Shown here in pieces: positions 53,570-62,868 of a stretch of 64,000 bases of DNA. Source of the stretch: Vicugna vicugna. Its lineage: Eukaryota. Position 1 is the first letter of the stretch; the number at the start of each line of letters is the position of its first letter. The notes under the pieces are model-generated. The model did no database searches. It was not told the origin of the DNA and worked only from the letters and a program-made list of their open reading frames with translations. The stretch lies in the NCBI GenBank assembly GCA_013265495.1, contig MU057991.1:1-64000 (forward strand), given 5' to 3'. Position numbers and translations under genes: made by a program.

Positions 53570-53988
53570 TGTGACAGCAACCTGAATCCTGTAGAGAGAC
53601 CAGGTGACACTCGGAGGGTTGGAGAACTCAGGTTTATCACGCTGGCGGGCCCAGAGGAGTTAACACTCCAAGCTCTGGACCCCGTCTGTAGGTTTGCACA
53701 AGCTTTTATAGGGTTTTAGGTTTTGATTGAGTTTGTACCATATGCAAATGAGGGGTGAGAAATTGAGCAATCAGGAGCGAGCTTTGGGGACCCAGTGGAA
53801 TTTTAGGGGTAAATGCAAATGAGGTGTTAGAAATGGACCAATCAGGAGCGAGCTTTTGGGAACCCATGGAATCTTAGGGGTAAGTTTCGTTTTCCTGGAA
53901 GCAAGCCGTTTTTCAGAAGCGCAAAAGCAGGAAGGCAGTGGCCCTGCCTAGGAGGTCTTGCTGGCCCCTTTGTGGCTTTTCCCCTTCA
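53570..53988 (-). mobile_element. Solo ERV LTR (family copy B, antisense; 71-bp duplication with ATGCAAAT + CCAAT-like box)
   Basis: Reverse complement is colinear with copies A and C (ggagaactcaggtttatcacgctggcgggcccagaggagttaacactccaagctctggaccccgtctgt). Octamers at 53742 and 53813. Confidence 0.85.
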
Positions 53989-54380
53989 GGGAGAGCTGTA
54001 CCTTCTAGAATTTGATTGTTGCAGGACATTTAGCAGAATTAGGAGCAAAGATGCAGTAGGTCATTGGACCCAGTGTCACCCAGACAGAAATCACGGGGGC
54101 CAGAAAGAACCCTTAGCTCAGCACTGTTGACAGCAAGAAGTGCCCTGCTAGCTAGTCAGGGGACTGGGACCTGCAGCTGCCCGGAACCCGCCAGGAGGAC
54201 GAAGCCCATGCAGGCACAACAGAAACTTGAGCCTGTCCGCGTCTGACCCAGGGCTTCCACAGCGCTAGCTTTGGAGGAATGTGTTTATCTGTGTGGCTGC
54301 ATGTGTGACCCAAACCTAAGTTCCACAAAACACGAGTTATGTTTGGTGCCCTCTGATTTGTTAAAAGTGATCTTTAAAGT

Positions 54381-54565
54381 GGGGGAGGATGTAGCTCAAG
54401 TGTTAGAGCGCATGCTTAGCATGCATGAGGTCCTGGGTTCCATCCCCAGTGCCTCCTCTAAAAAATAAATAAACTTAAATTACCTATCCGCTCCCCCCGC
54501 CAAAATAAAATAATTAAATAGAATAAAAAATAAAGCTAATTTGTAAAAAAAAAAAAAGTATGAAA
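54381..54565 (+). mobile_element. tRNA-Ala-derived SINE (Vic-1-like)
   Basis: ggatgtagctcaagtgttagagcgcatgcttagcatgcatgaggtcctgggttccatcccc is close to tRNA-Ala(AGC). Long A-rich tail and approximate TSD aaaagtg(a/g)tcttta. Confidence 0.9.
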
Positions 54566-55482
54566 AAAGTGGTCTTTACCTTTGTAAAATGCCTGTCACA
54601 GCCCAGTAACTTGATGTCACAACCCAGTAGTGGGTCACGATGGTTGAAAACTCTCTTCTGTCGTGTCATATTGTGGGAAATTTGATCTTTCTTTCCAAAT
54701 CAACGCCATGCTTTTAGCCAGTGTCGCATCTTAATGGCTTTCTGTCTTTATGATATTTTCTAAATATCATAGCGAGTTCTTGACATGCAGTGTGGCAGGT
54801 GGCTGGGGAGATTTGCAGTTCCAGCTTAAACCAAGGACCCCTTCGGGCGTTGTTAGAGCGGTTGCCGAATTTCTCTCTGTGGCTGTATCGTTTGCCCAAG
54901 GGCTGTCTGGTTCCTTCACATCGCCTGTTCCCACAGTCCTGCCGAATCTCCATCTTTCCTCCTGCTTCCTCTGGGCGTGGTCTGCCCTCTGGGAAACTGT
55001 GAACGTCACCTTCCCTTCTACACCTCCCCAACCTCTTTCACTCTCTTACACATCCCTCCACATCCCTGCTTCTCCTGGTCCCTCCCGGTTGGTGCATTCG
55101 CATGAACGAAAAGGTTGTGGAATCTTACACCGTCACTGTTCACGAACACAGTCACAGCGCACCATCGCCGTGATGGCTTTTGTAAGAAGCGGGGACAAGG
55201 AGGAATAGGAGAGTTAAGTGGGATCGGAGAAGGCGGCCCTTTGGTGATGAAAAACGCAGTGTTGCCGAAGACGCAGGGTCTCCGCCAAGTGCCTCCCTGA
55301 GATGTTGGCCAGCTCCACCCTTGGCTTCAGCGGACGGTGACCTGGGCTGGGTGGAGGTGTGGCATCCCTCGTGCCCTGGTTCCTGAGCTGCTTTCAGACA
55401 TGGGAGTGACGGTAATTACGTCGTGTGACCTGGCATCCAGGTTGTTAAGCTGTGCCCAAAGCCTGTAAGCGGTGTTCTTATT

Positions 55483-55980
55483 TGTATTAAAATCCTATTG
55501 CTGAGTGATGAACCACACAGGTTATCAGATTTAAATCTCGTATATTTATGATCTTTGAAATCCTGTGGGTCACGAACCGGGCAGAGCATTGATGGGTCCC
55601 TTTGCTCCTGGTGTCGCAAAGCTGAAACCACGAGGCTGGCGGGGGCGTGCCCTCTTTGGGGCTCGGGGTCCTCTTGGACACTCATCCAGGTTGCTGGCAG
55701 GATTCATTGCCTCGCGGTTGCAGGACTGACGCCCCAGTCTCCTTGCTGGCAGGCTGTGGTTTGCACCCACTCTCGGAGACCACCCTGAGTCCCCGCCACG
55801 CGGCTCCCTGCAGCCGCTTCCTCAGAGCCAGCAGTCTTGCACGATGGTTCACCTTGGGTCCATGGGGGTGGCCGTCTCACCCTGTTCGCGGGACCCTCCA
55901 CACTCCAGGGGAGGAGGTCACACAGGCCATCTCCTCTAGGAGGGCGAGAGTCTTGAGGCCCTCTTTGAGTTCTGCCTTCC
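55483..55980 (-). mobile_element. MaLR (MLT1-type) LTR remnant
   Basis: ctcatccaggttgctggcaggattcattgcctcgcggttgcaggactga and the flanking sequence resemble reversed MLT1 consensus. Confidence 0.55.
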
Positions 55981-56424
55981 ATAAGGTCACATTTGTCATG
56001 AGTCTGGCGCGGTTGCTAAGGACTTTTTGCAAATTCATGATCGGAAGCAGTCCCATCTCTTTTTTGTGTACAATTAATTGTCTGAACTCCACGTTCGCTA
56101 AAACTGAGACGTCCTTTGTCTCCCTCGAATGCAGCCCCCGCTCCGTCCACGCACACGTGCACGCACACACCAAGGGGTCGCTGTGGGGGATGTTGTGTGC
56201 GCGGTGCTGGCAGGTGGTACCCTGGGCCCCCGACCCAGTTCCTGTTTTTCTTGCTTATTGTTTGTCTCCCTCTTCTAGAAAGAAGGCACCTCTGTGGCAG
56301 GGACGTCTGTCAGGGTGTTCTTTGCTCCACCCCCGGGACCCAGCACAGGCCAAGTCCCTAGTAGCCTCAGTGGCTTTTTGTTGGATGCATAGGTTATGAG
56401 AGCCCATAGCATTTTCTTAAAAAA

Positions 56425-56551
56425 ATTTTTTGGGGGGAGGGGAGGCAATTAGGTTTATTTATTTACTTATGTTTAGAGCAGCTGCTGGGGATTGAACCCA
56501 GGACCTTATGCATGCTAAGCACATGCTCTACCCCTGAGCTACACCCTCCCC
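56425..56551 (-). mobile_element. tRNA-Ala-derived SINE (Vic-1-like)
   Basis: Reverse tRNA-like head (gggattgaacccaggacct...gagctacaccctcccc). TSD ccatagcatttt on both sides. Confidence 0.9.
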
Positions 56552-57570
56552 CGTCTCCATAGCATTTTTAAGCACACATTTCGGCGCTCTGCCAGCTGTT
56601 GGTGGGTTAAAGCAAGTTAACCAGGTTAGCTTATGTCACAGCTTATAGGAGCATCTCATTAGAATCGGCAGTTTCTAACCAGTTCGTGGACTCTAGGGAG
56701 AGTGGGCTGAAATGTCCCATCATGTGGAGAACGGGGGGTGTGTGCGTGCGCGTGATGGTGGTGGTTCACTGGTGGGGGGACCCTCTCAGCTCAGTTTGTC
56801 CTTGAAATGACAGAGGACTCAGCAGGGAGTGGGTGCTGGGGGTTTAAGGAGCTGGAAAGCTAGCAGGACCTAGATCTCAATTCCATGATCGTATAGTATT
56901 ATTGAAAACCTGCCTCCCCCTGCCCCCAGCCCGGTCCACTGCCACCTGAACTGAAATTGTTTTAGTGGCAGTATGTCTGTAGAAACCAAAGCGCAGGGCC
57001 TTTCCCGGGGACTGAGCAGAGGCCTGTCCTTGGGCTGGGCAGGGGGTGCTTTCTAGGGCCCTTCTCGGGGCTCCTCTGGGGGAGATGGACACCGGACACC
57101 ACAAGCGCCAGCATCGCGGGGCTGGGAGGCGTGGCAGCCGGTCCTCATCATCACTCCCTATCAGACTTCAAGCAGGCCCTGAGGGGATCCTGCCCGCCCA
57201 CCCCTTCTGCTGATGGGGAAACTGAGGCTCCCAGAGGGCGGTTCGCTTGCCAGAAGTCCCGCGGCTGGGCTGAGCCCCTCTGGCTGCGGGCGGGCAGGTT
57301 CCACGCCGGTCCTCGGGCCTCCGGCCACGGTGCGTCCGCAGAGGGAAACGCTGTGATCGGCCCAGGGGATGTGCAGCGGTCACGGTGCTTTGAAGGACAC
57401 CGGCCCTGGCCCTCTCAGCGCCTTCCCTTTGGGCCACCACAGCTCTGCTGGTGCCACCAGACGCAGCAGTGGCAGCTGTGTCCTTCGCGCTGAAGCCCGC
57501 CGGGGCCTGCTGGCCGGCCTGGCCCTTGCCTCCGCGGGACGCTGACCAGCCTGTGCCCTCTCTCCCACAG

Positions 57571-57648
57571 ATGTCGCCCCTTCGAGGACTGCTGTGGCTC
57601 CCGGTGCTGCGTGCGGGCGCTCTCCATCCAGAGGCTCTGGTACTTCTG
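57571..57648 (+). CDS. VOPP1: VOPP1 coding exon 3 (78 nt; I-CRPFEDCCGSRCCVRALSIQRLWYF-W)
   Basis: Acceptor ccctctctcccacag| and donor |gtaggt. Phase 2-2, so it joins exon 2 (AT+A=Ile) and exon 4 (TG+G=Trp) in frame. Carries the CC...CC motif of the VOPP1/WBP1 family. Confidence 0.96.
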
Positions 57649-60600
57649 GTAGGTGGTGGCTCTCCCTGCTCCCGGGTGCTCCCCACCCCCAGGGGCCCTG
57701 CCCGGGCAGCTTGTCACGGCCGCAGTGACATCACCCCCACCCCAAGGGCGCGGTCAAGGACGCAGGGACGTCCGGGCTGGCTTCACAGAGTGTGCCTGTG
57801 CTTGGGGAGAAAAGTTCTTCTTTTGGAAACTGGGCTGGACAACAGCCTGGTCCTTCAGTGGCTCTGACCCCAACTCTTAAAGAATCAGAGAATCAGCACA
57901 TCTTGCATGAGGTTTCTGCCGTCTGGAAATCTTCCTTATGCACCTTGTGCCGGCTAAGTCCCGAGACAGACGGCCTGCCTCCCTGTCCATCCTCCGGCTC
58001 TGCTGAGGGAGGCTGGGAGAGCTGTCTGGAGTCTATGAAATTGTACCTTGGGAGGGAACGAGCGAGCCAACCTGACAGAGTGTCCCAGAGGCTGGGCGCA
58101 GGGCTTCTGTTAACGAGAGGGACCCCCCCGTGGCTTGCCATCCTCAAAGGATGCCCGTTTGGAGGTTGGTCTGAGGAGTTCTGACTCTGCAGATAAGAGA
58201 GAGGCTTCAGATGGTAGAGATGGCAGAGCGTGTGCGGGAAGGGGTTTGCCTAAAGCCGAAAAGAGCCTTTCCCGTGCCCGCCAGCCTCTCCTCTGCGCCA
58301 CCGCGGGGGCCAGTCATCCAGGCAGACCCCACGCAGGGGCAGGACCCCGCTTCGTGACTTTCAGATTCGGCCGCTGCTGACTTCTCATGACCCCCAGGCC
58401 TTTCCCCTCTGACAGCTCTTCTGGTGTTTGACTAGGGGAGCCGGCAGGAGGTGGGGGCTCCACGTGCCACGTTGTCCTTCCCAGGAGAGCCTCCGTTCGT
58501 GCTCACCGTCACCACCGCCCTGATGGGACATGGGTCACGGGGGGCCCTGAGCGGTGGCAGGCTGGCGCCGGCTCTTCCCACCTCCCGGTGCTCAGGGCAT
58601 CGAGCTCTGTAACAGGAGGGTTTTTTTAGCCCAAGATCTCTGTGTACGTGTCGAGGTGGAGGTGACTGGTCCCAAAGCGGGGGGGAGGTGGCATTTCAGA
58701 GCTTTGCCTGGCTTCACACGCGCTTCCCCTTGGACCTTGTGGTTGAAGCAGGCAGGACTGTCTGGGGCGTGAGTCCCGGAAGGGTTCAGCCGGGTTGGTC
58801 CGAAGCACCGGCTGAATGATGATAAAGTTGTGGAAATGCTCCTAAAAATGAAAAAAAAAAAAAGTCACAACTAGGTATTATGTGATGAGGAAGAAGGGAA
58901 AGTGGAGCATCCTGGCCGCTCCTGCAGCCTCCGTCGGCCCTCCCAGGCAGCCCTGCCTGAGCCAGCAGCCCCCCGAGCTGCTGGCCGGCGTCACTTGCCG
59001 GGGCCGGGGCGCCTCGGCGGCTCAGGGGGACCCCCACACACGGAGGCGGCTGGTGAGCGCCGTCTAGGGAGGGCGGGTCGCAAGGGGTTGGACTGCCAGG
59101 TGCCGGAGGCCTGGCCGAGTTCTTAGAGCTGAGATTGTGCTGCCAGCTTCTACCCCGGGGACACAGCCAGAGAACACCTTGCTTTGTGAGTCCGAGGTGG
59201 CCCAGCTGAAGTCAGAGGATGCGTGGTCTCCGCTCCACGCTCAAGTGGCTCCTTGTCTCAGTAAACACCAGGTGTCCGGTGCACGCCGGGGCCCCGGGGC
59301 CTCGGGGCAGTCGGGCTCCTGGAGGAGACAGGTGTCTCAACAGATAATGACACCCAGAGGCTTTGAAACCAGCGCTCTGGAAACTGCTGCCCAGGACCTC
59401 AGAGTTGAGCGCTGCTGACCTCGTGCTGGGGCAGGCAGGGAGGGACTGAGGAATCCAGATTCCTTCTGATCCTAGAAAAGGCGCCAACATCCTGTCTTCA
59501 TCCCAGGAAAGCGCCCCCGCCCTGCTCAGCAGTGAAGCAGAGAGGAACCATCCTGCAGCTCACGGCGCTTCCAAGAGATGCTTTCGGCCCCCTTCCCTCC
59601 CTCCCTGACGCCCTGCGTCCTCGCTTTCCTTGTCACCAGAAGCCCGTTCCCTTGTCACCTCTCAGTTTGTCTCTTAAAATAAAGTTGGTCTCCAACTACT
59701 GTTTCAATCAGGGGTGACTCTGGCGATGACCGCCTCCCGCGCCAGGAGCTGGCCTCCTGCGCGTGACGTTGTCTCGTCTGCTTGCACCGACTTGCTCTCT
59801 GGCCGTCCAAGGCGGGAGGTGCACATGGCTTTAATTTTCCTAGGGAAAAATGTATATTCGATTTGATAGTGTGACCAACGTTTTGGCTTATCGCACGGAA
59901 AAGACCAAGACCTCATCCGGCTCCTGCATGTCCAGTGCAGGGAGCCTGGTCTTCTGTTGCTGAGAAAGTAGACCTTTATGTCATTCGCCTCCCTGTGCTT
60001 TGCGCTCCTGCGCTCGGATGCGCGTCGTTGGACCAGGGTTGGATGTAAGATTTTCAGGGAGTCCAAATGAAGCCGTTCCCTTTGTGATTCCAGCGTCTAC
60101 CCTGCTTTGCCAGCCCCCCACACGGCCTGGATTCCTCCAGCTCCCCAGGACTGCACGCCTGGCCCCCTCCCCATCTGCCGCCCACAGTGGTCCCCTGTGG
60201 GTCCCTCGCCCACCCAGCTCTTCCTACGGGAGCACCCGCACGTGTCTTTCCACCCAGAAAGCTCCCCTTCCCTGCCCTCCAACGTGTCTCTTTTTTTTTT
60301 CCCCCATCCTCAGCTGTTTCCAAAGCTCAGCTGTTGCTTTGAAGGAAAGGAAGCTTTTCTGATCTTCCTCATTCTGACATGTACCCTTGTTTAAACCTCT
60401 TATTACCCTGAACAGTACCTTGACGTGATGGAAATGGTCAGTTGTGTGTTATATGTGTTTTACTGCACACACACACACACCTGTGTTGCATCCTTGATTT
60501 TCCTAGAACTACCCGAGTTGTAAATAAATACTTTTGTTAGTTTGTTGTCTCCGGCCCCCCTCCCCTAACAGAACGCAAGTTCAGTGACAGGACCTCACCT

Positions 60601-61300
60601 GTCTTACCCCCTGTAATGCACGCATTGGCGCTGGGAGCGTGGCAGGTGCATAAAGTCGCTTGTTGAATGAATGTGAATGAAAAGATCAGAAAGCCAGTTT
60701 CAGCCCTTTCTTGAATCATTTCCTGTCTGGTGCCTCTGATCTTGGCTCCCGCTCACCGTCCCAAGGTTGTCTGGTAAATGCCGACTGACTAACTGTGGGA
60801 CTTAATACTTCACGTCATGTGAATGCTCCCAAGGGCTTCACTCTCTGCTCTTTTCTTAAATTTCATTTGTGCGTGGACAGGTGCCTTTGACCATGACGTG
60901 GCTGGCTCTGCTGTGTGCTCATCCTCCACAAAAGTGCGTGCGTGCGTGTGCATGTGTGTGACGTTCTGGAAGGTTCCAAGAGCCTCGTCATCATGTCAGT
61001 TTAGAGATGGGCAAGTTTCTTAGTGAAGTCTGTGTGGGACAGACAGCTTGGCCCTTCTCTGGATGAATGACTCCCCCTGTTTCTAGAAAAGCAAGTATAG
61101 GCAAATGTGAGGCGGGAAGAAGTCATTCATTCATTCATTCATTCATTCTTCACTGAAAGCCAGTGATGTGACAGTCACTAAGAATCCTTAGGTGAGTTGG
61201 ACAAAGGTCCGGTCCTTAAGGCAGTCAGGTCTGCATCAATTAGACCTTAGGGTCACAGTAGAAGGTACCCCCTTACGTAGAACTTAAGAATTTTAAATCC

Positions 61301-61482
61301 GTTTTTTTTTTAATTGAGATCTAGTCAGTTTACAATGTTGTGTCAATTGTGGAGCACAGCACAGTGCTTCAGTCACACATGAACATTCATACATTCATTT
61401 TCAGATTCTTTTTCACCACAAATTACTACAAGGTATTGAATATCGTTTCCTGTGCTGTGCAGTATAATCCTGTTTATCTATT
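61301..61482 (-). mobile_element. Short L1 3'UTR fragment
   Basis: tagtcagtttacaatgttgtgtcaatt...cctgtgctgtgcagtataatcctgtttatcta, shared with the other L1 ends. Confidence 0.82.
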
Positions 61483-61976
61483 AAATCAGCTTTTTTATTG
61501 ATCGGGAGTGTTTAGTCCTGTGGTTCCTCTGTAATTAAGACGTGCCCTAGAAAGGACGCCTTTTACGTTTTCTTTGTGGGTGGCCGTATGACAACGGGGA
61601 GACGACTGCTGGAACGGAGCGCACGCTTACTCTCCTTGCGGTGCAGAAAACGGGGGGCAGCAGACAGCAAGGAGCAGCCCAGTGTTCAAACAGGACTGAG
61701 AAGGGACCTCCTGTTTTGACTAAGGTGGAGGCGAGGTCAGAGCCACGGACAGGAAAGTCATTGCACCAAGCCTCTGAAGCCAGGAGCCATTGGGATGTGC
61801 TTGAGACAGAAAGCGCACTTTAGAGAGCGTCTCGGTGGGGGTGGCGTGGTCCGGGGGCACCCAGAGCTGGGCAGGCCATGGGACACCTCCACCGGGAACT
61901 GTCCCCGGGGAGAGGGGCCAGGACAGGGCTTTGGGACCTGCCTCTCTAGCCTCGGCCTGAGCTCGGCATGTGCTCT

Positions 61977-62705
61977 TGAGGTGGGACGCCCCAGGAAAAG
62001 ACTGGCAGGACCCCCAGGCAGGGCCACTACTTTCCTGCCAGCACCATCCGGTTCCCTAGCCCGGCGGCATTATCTCGCTTCTGCGCTTCTGTAAAACAGC
62101 TTGCTTCTAGAAAGCAGAACTCACCCCTAAGATCCTGTTGGTTCCCGAAGCTCACTCCTGATTGGTCCACTTCTAACACCTCAGTTGCATAAAGCTCACT
62201 CCTGATTGGCCCACTTCTAACACTTCATTTGCATGAAGCTCACTCCTGATTGGCCCACTTCTAACACCTCATTTGCATAAAGCTCACTCCTGATTGGTCC
62301 ACTTCTAACACCTCAGTTGCATAAAGCTCACTCCTGATTGGTCCACTTCTAACACCTTGTTTGCATAAAGCTCACTCCTGATTGGTCCACTTCTAACACC
62401 TCATTTGCATAAAGCTCACTCCTGATTGGCCCACTTCTAACACCTCATTTGCATAAAGCTCACTCCTGATTGGTCCACTTCTAACACCTCATTTGCATAC
62501 GGTGTTGCCAAATGTTGCAAAGTCTTGACTGGCAGCCCATAAAAGCCTGTGTAAACGTACAGACGGGGTCCAGGGCTCGGAGTGTTAACTCCTCTGGGCC
62601 CGCCGGCGTGATAAACCTGAGTTCTCCAACCCCCTGAGTGCTGCTTGGTCTCTCGCCCGGATCCAGGCTGCTGTCACCACTGAGCTGTCACTCTGAGCTG
62701 TAACA
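61977..62705 (+). mobile_element. Solo ERV LTR (family copy C) ending 26 nt upstream of VOPP1 exon 4
   Basis: TG...CA ends. Probable 6-bp TSD tgctct (61971-61976) / cgctct (62706-62711), differing by one CpG-type transition. Colinear with copies A and B. CATAAAA at 62538 and GATAAA at 62610. Confidence 0.88.
62148..62499 (+). repeat. 8 x 44-bp tandem array in LTR U3 (aagctcactcctgattggYccacttctaacacctcatttgcata)
   Basis: Units start at 62148, 62192, 62236, 62280, 62324, 62368, 62412 and 62456. All 8 contain ATTGG (inverted CCAAT) and 5 contain a perfect octamer ATTTGCAT. Confidence 0.97.
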
Positions 62706-62731
62706 CGCTCTGCTGTGCCATTTCGTCCCAG

Positions 62732-62868
62732 GTTCCTGCTCATGATGGGCGTGCTCTTCTGCTGCGGAGCCGGCTTCTTCATCCGGAGACGCATGTACCC
62801 GCCGCCGCTGATCGAGGAGCCCGCGTTCAACGTGTCCTACACCAGGCAGCCCCCGAGCTCCACTCCAG
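62732..62868 (+). CDS. VOPP1: VOPP1 coding exon 4 (137 nt; W-FLLMMGVLFCCGAGFFIRRRMYPPPLIEEPAFNVSYTRQPPSSTP-G), transmembrane helix and start of cytosolic tail
   Basis: Lies in ORF 62715..63080. Acceptor tttcgtcccag| at 62731 and donor |gtcagc at 62869. Hydrophobic TM segment followed by RRR stop-transfer. Peptide matches recalled VOPP1. Confidence 0.96.

Noticed and set aside
54381..54460. tRNA-Ala(AGC) gene (also the similar heads at 1.5, 11.2, 16.2, 34.1, 50.1 and 56.5 kb)
   Set aside because: The copies have disrupted stems, shared non-tRNA A-rich tails and TSDs, so they are SINEs rather than tRNA genes.
61123..61148. Simple repeats: (TTCA)n here and at ~63300, (TG)n at ~4803, (CA)n at ~9658, (TC)n at ~40165
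   Set aside because: These are ordinary microsatellites or retroelement tails with nothing unusual.
62148..62499. Regular 44-bp array (and the 33-bp array at 13.7 kb) as a CRISPR array
   Set aside because: The units are contiguous tandem copies with no unique spacers, there are no cas genes, and the DNA is mammalian intron/LTR.
39530..62705. LTR copies A and C as the two ends of one provirus
   Set aside because: They are 22 kb apart and clearly diverged, they enclose host exon 3, no gag/pol/env is seen, and copy C has its own TSD.
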